Source: a virus
Lineage: Duplodnaviria; Caudoviricetes
Direction: 5' to 3' (one strand)
IMG/VR virus record: IMGVR_UViG_3300017903_003380
Span: 1-24,398 of that record
DNA length: 24,398 nucleotides
A program made the position numbers and the translations under genes. This document shows, one piece after another, positions 10,220 through 19,784 of this stretch (position 1 is its first letter; every line of letters begins with the position of its first letter). Below the pieces are notes generated by a model. The model had not been told where the DNA came from. It was given only the letters and a program-made list of their open reading frames with translations, and did not search any database.

Positions 10220-11791
10220 ATGGCGGCAATAGTAACGGACCAATTTAGAATATTAAATGCTAATAATTTTATTGACTCCGTAACGAGTAGCAATAATTCT
10301 TATTATACATTTTTGGGATTAGTCGATTCATCCCCATCTTCACCTGGATTTGGAAGAACATCTAATTGGGATACGAATACACCATCACCTACTGATAATT
10401 TTCAATATTCTTGCCATTATAGAGAAACTTCATTATTTGGCAAAAAGATATCATCTTCAGATGTGCGTCGAGTCGTAAGAAGAATTAATTGGACCATTGA
10501 TACCAAATATGACATGTATCGTCATGATTATAGTGTTGATAATCCAACACCTAATGGAGGAACGTCTAGATTATACGATTCAAATTTTTATGTGATGAAT
10601 AGTGAATTCAAAGTTTATATTTGTTTAGATAATAATGGGTCAAAAACGGGAGAAGATGCCAAAGGACAAGGTTCTCAATATGAACCAACTTTTACTGATT
10701 TAGAGCCCTCATCTGCTGGTGTTGGTGATGATGGATATATTTGGAAATACTTATTTACTGTTTCTCCCAATGATATTATAAAATTTGATTCTACAGAATA
10801 TATTATTCTTCCTAACGATTGGTCAACCTCCACAGATGCTCAAATACAAAGTGTTAGAGAATCTGGAAATTCTGACGTAAATAAAAATCAGATCAGAAAA
10901 GTTTATATTAAAAATGCGGGGGATGATTATACTTCTGGAACTTATACTGAATTAAATATTCTTGGAGATGGCACTGGTGGTAAAGTTACAGTTACGGTTG
11001 CTGAGACCGGAGAAATTACTGATGTTATAGTTACTGCTGGTGGAAGTGGATATACATATGGAATCATAGATTTAAGTACAATTAGAGGCGATAATTGGGG
11101 TGCTACAAGCGACAGAGCTTTACTAATTCCAATCATTCCCCCATCAAAGGGTCATGGATATGATCTTTATAAGGAATTGGGAGCAGATAAAGTTATAGTT
11201 TATACTAGATTTGATGACTCTACAAAGGATTTTCCAACAGATACAAACTTTTCTCAAGTTGGAATTATTAAAAATCCTGAACAATATTCCTCATCTGGAT
11301 CTATTTTTAGTGATAATACTTTTTCAAGTTTATATTCAATGATGTTAAGTGAAGATACAACAGTAACTCCTACAATAGGAGAATATATGTATCAAAGTAT
11401 TTCTGGTGTTGGCACTGCACAAGGATATGTTGCATCATATGATAAAAATACTAAAGTATTGAAGTATACCAGAGACAGATCTTTGTATTTTGGAAATCGA
11501 TACGATCAAACCGATCATCCAAATGTTAGATCTAAATCAACATTTGCAGAGTTTAGTCAAAGTGCAGGAAATGTCACTATTGGTAGTGATACAGTTTCTA
11601 TTCAATCATTTACAGGAATTGCAAAAACAGTTGCTAATCAAGAAATAAATTTAGGTGTTTCTTTTAATGATGGTCTTGCAAATCCAGAGATAAATAGAAA
11701 GACGGGAGATATTATTTACATAGATAACAGACCCGAAGTTGTAAGAGACATTAGACAAAAAGAAGACGTTAAAATTATTCTGGAATTCTAA
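10220..11791 (+). CDS. gp8: Baseplate wedge subunit (T4 gp8-like)
   Basis: N-terminus MAAIVTDQFRILNA, motifs YDMYRHDY, FYVMNSEFKVYICLDN and DGYIWKYLFT, and C-terminus GDIIYIDNR...QKEDVKIILEF are typical of cyanophage gp8. Position after gp7 agrees. Confidence 0.92.
   Translation: MAAIVTDQFRILNANNFIDSVTSSNNSYYTFLGLVDSSPSSPGFGRTSNWDTNTPSPTDNFQYSCHYRETSLFGKKISSSDVRRVVRRINWTIDTKYDMYRHDYSVDNPTPNGGTSRLYDSNFYVMNSEFKVYICLDNNGSKTGEDAKGQGSQYEPTFTDLEPSSAGVGDDGYIWKYLFTVSPNDIIKFDSTEYIILPNDWSTSTDAQIQSVRESGNSDVNKNQIRKVYIKNAGDDYTSGTYTELNILGDGTGGKVTVTVAETGEITDVIVTAGGSGYTYGIIDLSTIRGDNWGATSDRALLIPIIPPSKGHGYDLYKELGADKVIVYTRFDDSTKDFPTDTNFSQVGIIKNPEQYSSSGSIFSDNTFSSLYSMMLSEDTTVTPTIGEYMYQSISGVGTAQGYVASYDKNTKVLKYTRDRSLYFGNRYDQTDHPNVRSKSTFAEFSQSAGNVTIGSDTVSIQSFTGIAKTVANQEINLGVSFNDGLANPEINRKTGDIIYIDNRPEVVRDIRQKEDVKIILEF
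11690..11696 (+). promoter_or_regulatory. Candidate late promoter ATAAATA inside the gp8 3' end
   Basis: GATAAATA lies within the codons for E-I-N-R, ~100 nt upstream of the 2415-aa gene start. Confidence 0.5.
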
Positions 11792-11796
11792 AACAA

Positions 11797-14700
11797 ATGG
11801 CACAAAAAAGAAATTTAAACGTTAATCCATATTACGACGATTTCGATAACGATAAAAATTTTTATAAAGTCCTATTTAAACCAGGATTTCCAGTACAAGC
11901 TAGAGAATTAACTACCTTACAATCAATATTACAAAATCAAATTGAATCTTTTGGTAAAAATATTTTCAAAGAGGGGTCCATGGTTATTCCTGGTGGAATA
12001 ACTTACGATCCTAGTTTTTATGCCGTAAAATTAAATGCAATAAATTCCGGAGTCGAAGTTTCAACATACATCAGTAATTTTATTGGAACAAAGATAACAG
12101 GTCAAATATCTGGAGTAACAGCAACAATAAAATATGTTGCGTTTCCTGGTGATCCCAACATTGATGACTTAACAGTTTATGTAAAGTATGATAGTTCTGG
12201 ATCAGACTTTGTTTTTACTACTTTTGAAAATGGAGAATCTTTAATTGCTGATAAAAATATTACATATGGAAATACCACAATAAATGCCGGGACTCCATTT
12301 GCTTCATTATTATCTTCAAATGCAACTTCAACGGGATCTGCAGTTTCTATTTCGGATGGTGTTTATTTTATTAGAGGTTATTTTGTTAATGTTTCTAGTG
12401 AGACAATTCTATTGGACGAATATTCCAACACTCCTTCTTACAGAGTTGGTTTAAAAGTTGATGAATTGCTTATTGATGCCAAAGATGATAATTCACTATA
12501 TGATAATGCAAAAGGATTTTCAAATTTTGCTGCTCCAGGAGCCGATAGACTAAAAATAGGTCTTTCATTATTTAAAAAATCATTAGATGATTTAGACGAC
12601 AAAAATTTTGTAGAACTTTTAAGAGTAGACACTGGTAAAATAAAAAAAATACAAGAGAAAACTCAATACAGTATTATAAGAGATTATATTGCAGAAAGAA
12701 CATTTGAGGAGTCTGGTAATTATGCAGTAGTTCCTTTTTTACCAACCTTACAGAATTCTCTAAATGATAAATTGGGGAATGATGGTCTTTATAATGAGAA
12801 TCAAAAAACAGAACAATTAAACGATCCATCAGATGACTTATTATGTGTAAAAGTTTCTCCAGGAAAGGCATATGTAAGAGGATATGATGTAAAAACTGAT
12901 TCGACAATAGTATTAGATGTAAATAAACCAAGAGAAACAAAATCAAATAATACCACTGTCCCATTTTCAATGGGAAATGTATTAAGAGTTAATAACGTTT
13001 CTGGACATCCAACTCAGTCTGGTATTGTTAATTTTCATAGTAGACATAACTGTGAAGGTATAGGTATTGGCAGTGCTAGAAATTATACATTTAACGTTAC
13101 AGATGCTGCTTACAGTGGTTCTTCCACTAAATGGGATTTATATCTATATGATATACAAACATATACAAAATTAACTTTAAATAAATCTTTTAGTGACACT
13201 GAATTGCCAGCATCTTCTTTCGTAAGGGGAAAAAATAGTGGTGCAAGTGGATATGCTGTATCCAGTGGTGGAGATGATAATTTAATTACTCTTGGTCAGG
13301 TTTCTGGAAAATTTGCAATTGGGGAGCAAATTTTAATTAATGGTGTTGAAGTTTCAAATTCAATTGAAAATGTTGTGAGTTATGGTACTCAGGACATTAA
13401 ATCAGTTAGTCAGAATACTGATGAATTTAAAGCAGACACTGTATTAGAAAGTTTTTCTTTACCCAACAATGTTTCTGAAATTGTCATTAATGGATCAAAT
13501 GCGACAGCAACAAGTCCAGGTGGAAATTTTACAGGAATAAAAACTGATAGTGTTATCAGGTATAAGAGAAATACTTCGGGAGAGACAGTAGAAACATTTA
13601 ACAGAGTGGTTGAAGTTTCTTCAGATGGTCTTACGTTGTCATTGACAGGAATTGGCACAGTAACTGGGATATTTGATGGTGGATATGATAATACAGGAAC
13701 TTTTAATGTAAAATTAGGAGCTCCCATTATAAGGGGAGAAGAAGATGCAAAATTATATGAAAAACTTCCTGATAATAATATTTCTTCTTTGGATCTTTCT
13801 TCTTCTAACTTAAAAATTAGATTGCAGTCAAATCAAACACAAACTTCTAATTCTGTTGGCATAGTAACTATGTCAATTAGTGATTTTGATACGACTGGAA
13901 TATCGACGGTTTCCTTTAGTGCTTTTGACGCTGAAAGATATTCTTTACACAATAATAGTGCTCCGAGGTATATTGGAACAATAACTTCTGATTCATTTAA
14001 AATCGATACTGCAAATAACACAGTTTCTTTTTCTGGACTTTCTGCAAGTAGAGCATATAAATTAGATGCTACATTAAATAAGACTGGCATAAAAAGTAAA
14101 AAGAAAACTTATACCAGGAGTAAAGAACTTTCAGTAAGTTTATCAAGATTAGATGGGTCCGGCACAAACAATAATAACTCAACCAATGATGGATTAACTT
14201 ATAATAATAATTGTTATGGTCTTAGAGTGCAAGACGAAGAGATATCATTAAATTATCCAGATGTTGCAAAAGTTATTGCGGTATATGAATCTTTAAACTC
14301 TTCTAGTCCAACATTGGATAAGATTACTTGTTTGAGTACATCAAATATTACTAGTGCGGCTATTGTTGGTGAGAATATTATTAGTAAATCTGGAAGTGCA
14401 GTTGCTAGATTTGTTAAGAGTACTACCGATAATGTTGCTGATATTGTATATTTAAATTCTGGTAGATTTGGACAGGGTGACGAAATTGTTTTTGAAGAGT
14501 CAAATATAACAACAACAATAACAAATATTTCATTAGGTAATTATTCAAACATAACTGATAATTTTACTCTCGATAAAGGTCAAAGAGATCAATATTACGA
14601 TTATTCCAGAATTATAAGAAAAGTAGATTCTACTATACCATCAAAAAAATTATTGATTATATTTGATCATTACGAAGTAGATTCTTCCGATAATGGAGAT

Positions 14701-17700
14701 TTATTTACTGTGGAAAGTTATGATAATGAAAGATATGATCAAGATATACCTGAAATTGGTATTGATAGAGTAAGAGCAACAGATACACTTGATTTTAGAC
14801 CAAGAGTTTCTCCGTTTACTGGATCATCAAAATCTCCATTTGATTTTAATTCAAGAGTTTTTGAGGGCACAAATAGAATAGTTGCTCCTGATGAGGACTC
14901 TTCAGTTGGATATGAATATTATATTGGTAGAATTGATAAATTGTATATTGATAAACTAGGTGTATTAAGCATTAAAGAAGGACAATCTGGTATAAATCCA
15001 AAACCTCCAATTGTTAGTGATGAGTCTATGGAGATAGCTACTATATCTCTTCCACCATATCTTTTTAACCCTCAAGATGCAGAGATATCATTAGTTGATA
15101 ATAGAAGATATACGATGAGAGATATTGGATTTATTGAAGATAGGGTTGAAAATCTTGAGGAAGTTACGTCTCTCTCGTTACTTGAGATTAATACACAGAC
15201 ATTACAAATAAAAGATGCTGAAAATAGAGATAGATTTAAAAGTGGTTTCTTTGTAGATGATTTTAGGAATAATTCTCTTATTAACTTAGACTTTTCAACC
15301 GTAGAGGTTGATGAGGAAAATAATGAAATGAGACCTTTCCTTTCTAGAAAATCTCTAAAAGGAGCAATAGCAATATCTGGTAATAATAGAAGTCCAGAAA
15401 CTATTGACTATGAGGATCCTTCATTGCAACTGTTAGATAATAATGTTAAGAAGAAAGGTAGATCCATTACTTTGGACTATGAAGAAGTTCTTTGGATTAG
15501 TCAAAATGTTGCAACGAAGTTTGTAAACGTTAATGAATATCATGTTGTTGCATACAGAGGAGATGTGACTTTATCACCACAGAATGATATTTGGACAATT
15601 GTTCAATCTTCCACAAATGTAATAAACAGAACGAATGTTTTTGGTCGTCGTGGTGGTGGAGGAGTATTTAGAAATACAGGATCTTCTACTTCTATTTCTA
15701 GATCTGCTATTAGATTTGCTAGATCGAGAAACACTCAATTTTCAGCTACAGATTTGAAACCCAATACAAGATATTATCAGTTTTTAGGTTCTGAGGGTAA
15801 TTTAGATTTTATACCAAAATTATTAGAAATTGAGGACGTAAGTGGGTCTTTTACTATTGGAGAAGAAATTATAGGATATCAAGTTGATGGAGATAGTAAT
15901 TCAGTTGCAAGAATAAGATTTAGATTGTCTAAACCAAATCATAAAACAGGAGTTTTTAATTCTCCTGATACCATATATGAGTTTAATCCTTATGATTATC
16001 CACAGTCAAATAGACTGCCAGATTTTTACACTGAGTCATCTACAGTATTGAATGTTGATACTGCATCTTTAGCACAAAGTGCTCAAGGAAGATATAGTGG
16101 ATATGTTGAAAAAGGATTTATACTTGAAGGACAAAGCAGTGGAGCAACTGCCTCTGTGAAAGATTTGAGGTTGATCACCGATGCTTTTGGAGATCTTATA
16201 GGAACTTTCTTCATTAGAAATCCAAATGTTACTGGAAATGTAAGAATAGAAAATTCCACTCATACTTATAAGTTAACCAATAGTTCAACAAATAGAGAGG
16301 CACTTATCAGTGAAGAATTGGACACTTTACTTTCTTTTGCAAGAACTCAATACATTACAAGAGGAACTTTAGAGAGAAGATTCACAACAATTACTAATAC
16401 CACAACTGTAATTATTGGTTATGGTGATCCATTAGCACAATCATTTACTGTTGGGGGAAATATTGATGCACCTTCGGCAATTGGAAGAAATGATGATGAA
16501 AATGGTATTTTCTTAACATCTGTTAATTTATATTTCGCAACTATTGATGAAGAAAATAAACCATTGAGAGTTGAAATTAGAACTGTAGAATTGGGAACAC
16601 CAACAACACAAAGAGTAGGTGAAGCAGCCCATTTAACTCCCAAAAATTTCATTGATGATGGAAATGGAAATATTTCCGAACAAGTTGTAATTAAAACTTC
16701 GACTACAGGTCAAGAAGCAACTAGAGTTACATTCCCAGAACCAATATACTTGGCTCCAGGAAGAGAATATGCACTGGTTATTGTATCCGAATACAGTGAT
16801 CAATATCAGGTTTGGTCAGCAGAAATGGGCAAAAAGAGTGTGTTGTCTCAAGATCTTCCAGATGCAGATGCTGGCGTATATTCTCGCCAATATGCGTTTG
16901 GAAGTTTATTCATGTCCCAAAATGGATCTATTTGGACAGAAGATCAAAATCAAGATCTTAAGTTTGATCTTTTTAAAGCCAAATTTACTTCAAATGCTGG
17001 TACTGCATTCTTTTATAATTCTCCATTGGATACTAGTAATGGATATAAGAGATTATTGGATAATAATTCAGTAAAAACTTTACCAAAAACTGCAACTATT
17101 AGAATTACACCAGTTAAAAAAGATGGTGATGATTATAGTGTTATGGAAACTACATTAAGTCCTGGTAGAAAACTTGCTGGTAATGAAAACTATCCCGGAA
17201 GTATTGCATATATTACAGGAGTTGGTTGTAGTGTTTTTGATGTTAATGGTGGCAATGACGTTGGAATTGTTACTGGTGGTACAAATTATGGTGTTAATGA
17301 TTCAACAAATGTGGGAACATACAATATTGTTGGTAATGGTAAAAATTTAACTTTAGATATTCTCGCAACTACAAATGGAACTCTTCAACTAAATGGATTA
17401 TCTGTCAATAATGGTGGTAGTGGATACAAAGAAGGTGATGTTGTTGGTATTGTTACAGCAGATACCACAGATAGAACTGGTAGAGATGCTCAGATAAAGA
17501 TACTTCAGATTGGAGGTATTGATACGTTATTTGTTTCTGGTATGCAAGGAGATATTGGTGCTAGCAAGGCTTTTAGTGTTGGTATGGGTGTAAGTTACTA
17601 TGATAATGATGGTGTTGTTGTTTCAATGGCAAATACTACCATCACTGGAATTGATGATGGTCCTACTTTAAGCTCTGGAAATTATATAAGAGTTAATCAC

Positions 17701-19044
17701 TTCAATCATGGAATGTATAGTGGTACTAATAAAGTTGTGTTAAATGACTTAAAATCTAGTGAAATACCGACTACATTAGAATCCGAATTGCTATTATCTG
17801 ATGTCAGTAAAATAAGTGTCGGAAGCACCACTGATTTTGATACCTTTGAAGGAGTTGTTGTTAGTGCTGCAAATACAGGATATGTAAAAATTGGAAGAGA
17901 AATTATAGGGTATGAAGAAGTTGCTACTGGAAATGAGTTGAGATCGATAACAAGAGGTGTTGACAATACAAAAATAGTTAATCACAAACTTTCTGATGCT
18001 ACAGGAAATGTGTTAACAATACCTGTATATAAGTATGAATTGAATGGCATTTCTTTGAGAAGAATAAACGGTGTTAATCTTGATATATCTTCTGAAGGAA
18101 TGGATATTAATGGATATTATGCTAGTGTAAGTAGGTCTGGAAATGGATCTGGAAGAAGCACTGACACTTCCGATTATGCACAATTATCTTTCAAGAATGA
18201 GTTACAAACTGGAGGTAGGGATATAAATTCTTCAGAAAATATAGTATTCACTGAAGTTATTCCCAGTTTCCCACTTCTCCTCCCAAATGATTCGACATCA
18301 GTTTCTGGATCAATAAGAACTATTAGTGGAACAAGTGTTGATGGTAGCGAATCTTCTTTTGTCGATAATGGTTACGAACCAATAGAACTTAATGAGGTTA
18401 ACAAACTTTCATCTATAAGAATGGTTGCTTCTGAAATTAATGAAGATGAATATTTAGATACAATGCCATCCAATAAATCTTTAACTACAGCGATACGACT
18501 ATCCACAACAGATGAAAATCTTTCACCACAAATCTTCTATACTGAAGAGGCTGGAACTATTCTTCAAAATCCATTAATTAATAATCCAGTTTCTGATTAT
18601 GCTACCGATAATAGAGTTAATTCTCTACAGTATGATCCACATTCTGCAATTTATGTCTCCAACACAGTTAATTTAAAAAATCCTGCAACATCACTTAAAG
18701 TTTTGGTTGCAGCATATAGACATCAAACTGCTGACTTTAGGATACTTTATAAATTAAATAGAGCAGATTCTAGTGAAGTGGAGCAAGAATTTGAATTGTT
18801 TCCCGGTTATGATAATTTGACATTCGAAGATGATGCTTTATTGACTGTTAGAGATCAAGCTAAAAATAGCGGAAGACCAGATGTATTTGTTAGAGCAAGT
18901 TTAGAGGATGAGTTTTTGGACTATGAGTTTACGGCAAATAATCTGGATTTATTCACTGGGTATACGATTAAAATTGTAATGTCCGGAACAAATGCAGCAT
19001 ATTATCCAAGATTTAAAGATTTGAGAACTATTGCAATACGATGA
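11797..19044 (+). CDS. Large virion structural protein, VrlC/DUF4815-like
   Basis: N-terminus NLNVNPYYDDFD..KNFYKVLFKPGFPVQARELTTLQSILQNQIE, plus NFAAPGADRLKI, RTFEESGNY, NRRYTMRDIG, RFKSGFFVDDF, DPLAQSF and C-terminal PRFKDLRTIA. These are characteristic of the large protein following gp8 in marine T4-like phages. Confidence 0.85.
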   Translation: MAQKRNLNVNPYYDDFDNDKNFYKVLFKPGFPVQARELTTLQSILQNQIESFGKNIFKEGSMVIPGGITYDPSFYAVKLNAINSGVEVSTYISNFIGTKITGQISGVTATIKYVAFPGDPNIDDLTVYVKYDSSGSDFVFTTFENGESLIADKNITYGNTTINAGTPFASLLSSNATSTGSAVSISDGVYFIRGYFVNVSSETILLDEYSNTPSYRVGLKVDELLIDAKDDNSLYDNAKGFSNFAAPGADRLKIGLSLFKKSLDDLDDKNFVELLRVDTGKIKKIQEKTQYSIIRDYIAERTFEESGNYAVVPFLPTLQNSLNDKLGNDGLYNENQKTEQLNDPSDDLLCVKVSPGKAYVRGYDVKTDSTIVLDVNKPRETKSNNTTVPFSMGNVLRVNNVSGHPTQSGIVNFHSRHNCEGIGIGSARNYTFNVTDAAYSGSSTKWDLYLYDIQTYTKLTLNKSFSDTELPASSFVRGKNSGASGYAVSSGGDDNLITLGQVSGKFAIGEQILINGVEVSNSIENVVSYGTQDIKSVSQNTDEFKADTVLESFSLPNNVSEIVINGSNATATSPGGNFTGIKTDSVIRYKRNTSGETVETFNRVVEVSSDGLTLSLTGIGTVTGIFDGGYDNTGTFNVKLGAPIIRGEEDAKLYEKLPDNNISSLDLSSSNLKIRLQSNQTQTSNSVGIVTMSISDFDTTGISTVSFSAFDAERYSLHNNSAPRYIGTITSDSFKIDTANNTVSFSGLSASRAYKLDATLNKTGIKSKKKTYTRSKELSVSLSRLDGSGTNNNNSTNDGLTYNNNCYGLRVQDEEISLNYPDVAKVIAVYESLNSSSPTLDKITCLSTSNITSAAIVGENIISKSGSAVARFVKSTTDNVADIVYLNSGRFGQGDEIVFEESNITTTITNISLGNYSNITDNFTLDKGQRDQYYDYSRIIRKVDSTIPSKKLLIIFDHYEVDSSDNGDLFTVESYDNERYDQDIPEIGIDRVRATDTLDFRPRVSPFTGSSKSPFDFNSRVFEGTNRIVAPDEDSSVGYEYYIGRIDKLYIDKLGVLSIKEGQSGINPKPPIVSDESMEIATISLPPYLFNPQDAEISLVDNRRYTMRDIGFIEDRVENLEEVTSLSLLEINTQTLQIKDAENRDRFKSGFFVDDFRNNSLINLDFSTVEVDEENNEMRPFLSRKSLKGAIAISGNNRSPETIDYEDPSLQLLDNNVKKKGRSITLDYEEVLWISQNVATKFVNVNEYHVVAYRGDVTLSPQNDIWTIVQSSTNVINRTNVFGRRGGGGVFRNTGSSTSISRSAIRFARSRNTQFSATDLKPNTRYYQFLGSEGNLDFIPKLLEIEDVSGSFTIGEEIIGYQVDGDSNSVARIRFRLSKPNHKTGVFNSPDTIYEFNPYDYPQSNRLPDFYTESSTVLNVDTASLAQSAQGRYSGYVEKGFILEGQSSGATASVKDLRLITDAFGDLIGTFFIRNPNVTGNVRIENSTHTYKLTNSSTNREALISEELDTLLSFARTQYITRGTLERRFTTITNTTTVIIGYGDPLAQSFTVGGNIDAPSAIGRNDDENGIFLTSVNLYFATIDEENKPLRVEIRTVELGTPTTQRVGEAAHLTPKNFIDDGNGNISEQVVIKTSTTGQEATRVTFPEPIYLAPGREYALVIVSEYSDQYQVWSAEMGKKSVLSQDLPDADAGVYSRQYAFGSLFMSQNGSIWTEDQNQDLKFDLFKAKFTSNAGTAFFYNSPLDTSNGYKRLLDNNSVKTLPKTATIRITPVKKDGDDYSVMETTLSPGRKLAGNENYPGSIAYITGVGCSVFDVNGGNDVGIVTGGTNYGVNDSTNVGTYNIVGNGKNLTLDILATTNGTLQLNGLSVNNGGSGYKEGDVVGIVTADTTDRTGRDAQIKILQIGGIDTLFVSGMQGDIGASKAFSVGMGVSYYDNDGVVVSMANTTITGIDDGPTLSSGNYIRVNHFNHGMYSGTNKVVLNDLKSSEIPTTLESELLLSDVSKISVGSTTDFDTFEGVVVSAANTGYVKIGREIIGYEEVATGNELRSITRGVDNTKIVNHKLSDATGNVLTIPVYKYELNGISLRRINGVNLDISSEGMDINGYYASVSRSGNGSGRSTDTSDYAQLSFKNELQTGGRDINSSENIVFTEVIPSFPLLLPNDSTSVSGSIRTISGTSVDGSESSFVDNGYEPIELNEVNKLSSIRMVASEINEDEYLDTMPSNKSLTTAIRLSTTDENLSPQIFYTEEAGTILQNPLINNPVSDYATDNRVNSLQYDPHSAIYVSNTVNLKNPATSLKVLVAAYRHQTADFRILYKLNRADSSEVEQEFELFPGYDNLTFEDDALLTVRDQAKNSGRPDVFVRASLEDEFLDYEFTANNLDLFTGYTIKIVMSGTNAAYYPRFKDLRTIAIR

Positions 19045-19241
19045 TTAGAGTAGAAGGGTATCAAAATTTATATCGTGATGAAAAAAGTGGTGCTATCATA
19101 AATCATGATAGCAATGCCTATAATCAATATATCAATTCTTTATCTTATCGAGAATCTCAAAAAAGAGAAATAGATAAAATGAAGAAAGATATTGATGAAA
19201 TCAAATCACTATTAAAGGAGTTGGTAAATGGATCCAGATAA
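19041..19241 (+). CDS. Conserved small phage hypothetical protein (66 aa) with C-terminal coiled coil
   Basis: ATGA overlap with the upstream stop. The pattern VEG..LYRD..SGAIIN.D...Y..Y is one I recognise downstream of VrlC-like genes. The tail EIDKMKKDIDEIKSLLKELV is heptad-like. Confidence 0.8.
   Translation: MIRVEGYQNLYRDEKSGAIINHDSNAYNQYINSLSYRESQKREIDKMKKDIDEIKSLLKELVNGSR
19215..19220 (+). promoter_or_regulatory. Shine-Dalgarno AAGGAG for the 58-aa ORF
   Basis: AAGGAG ends 7 nt before the ATG at 19228. Confidence 0.75.
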
Positions 19242-19404
19242 AATCGAACTAACAAGCATAGGCAAAATGTTTGAATATGAAAAACAAGCTAGAATAATTG
19301 ATGAATTGGATTCAAGTGAATTAAGAGAAGTTGCAAAATCATATTGCAAATTATATTTCAAGCAACAAGAAGTTGTCTCTAATCTTGGATTGAGAGGAAT
19401 ATAA
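19228..19404 (+). CDS. 58-aa small helical protein, putative NblA-like phycobilisome degradation adaptor (not in ORF track)
   Basis: Hand translation gives MDPDKIELTSIGKMFEYEKQARIIDELDSSELREVAKSYCKLYFKQQEVVSNLGLRGI*. It has a strong RBS and fills the gap between genes exactly. The size and IEL(T/S)...F plus two-helix pattern resemble NblA. The CDS is well supported; the NblA call is inference. Confidence 0.7.
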   Translation: MDPDKIELTSIGKMFEYEKQARIIDELDSSELREVAKSYCKLYFKQQEVVSNLGLRGI

Positions 19405-19407
19405 ATA
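19400..19407 (+). promoter_or_regulatory. T4-type late promoter TATAAATA
   Basis: Exact consensus overlapping the TAA (19402-19404) of the 58-aa ORF, 27 nt before the ATG at 19435. Confidence 0.85.
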
Positions 19408-19434
19408 ACAAGTAGTGATTATTATATTAGATAG

Positions 19435-19773
19435 ATGGCTACGTATTCCAGTAATCTTGTCATAAACACCAATGAGGATTACACTCAAACTTTCGATTTA
19501 GCATCTTCTGCAGATAATAGTGCCTTAAATTTGACAGATTACACAGTATCTTCTCAAATGAGAAAATATGCTGGAAGTACTAATGCAACTGATTTTACGG
19601 CAACAATAGTTTCTCCGGCAACATCAGGAAAAGTTAGTATAGCTTTAACTAGTGGTGCTACTTCAAGTTTAAAAGAAGGTAGATATGTTTATGATATTGT
19701 TATCGAGAAAGATTCTGTGAAAACAAAAGTTGTTGAAGGAATGGTTATTGTTGTACAAGGAGTCACTAGATAA
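19435..19773 (+). CDS. Small virion structural protein (112 aa, beta-rich)
   Basis: Motifs LNLTDYTVSSQMRKY, GKVSIALT, LKEGRYVYDIVI and KVVEG.V.V..GVTR match a family commonly found just upstream of gp13 in cyanomyoviruses. It is preceded by a late promoter. Confidence 0.75.
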   Translation: MATYSSNLVINTNEDYTQTFDLASSADNSALNLTDYTVSSQMRKYAGSTNATDFTATIVSPATSGKVSIALTSGATSSLKEGRYVYDIVIEKDSVKTKVVEGMVIVVQGVTR

Positions 19774-19784
19774 AGGTAATTTTA

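Noticed and set aside
3025-18760. Internal TTAAATA/GTAAATA heptamers as late promoters
   Set aside because: They match only the 6-mer core, mostly lie deep inside genes, and are expected by chance in AT-rich DNA.
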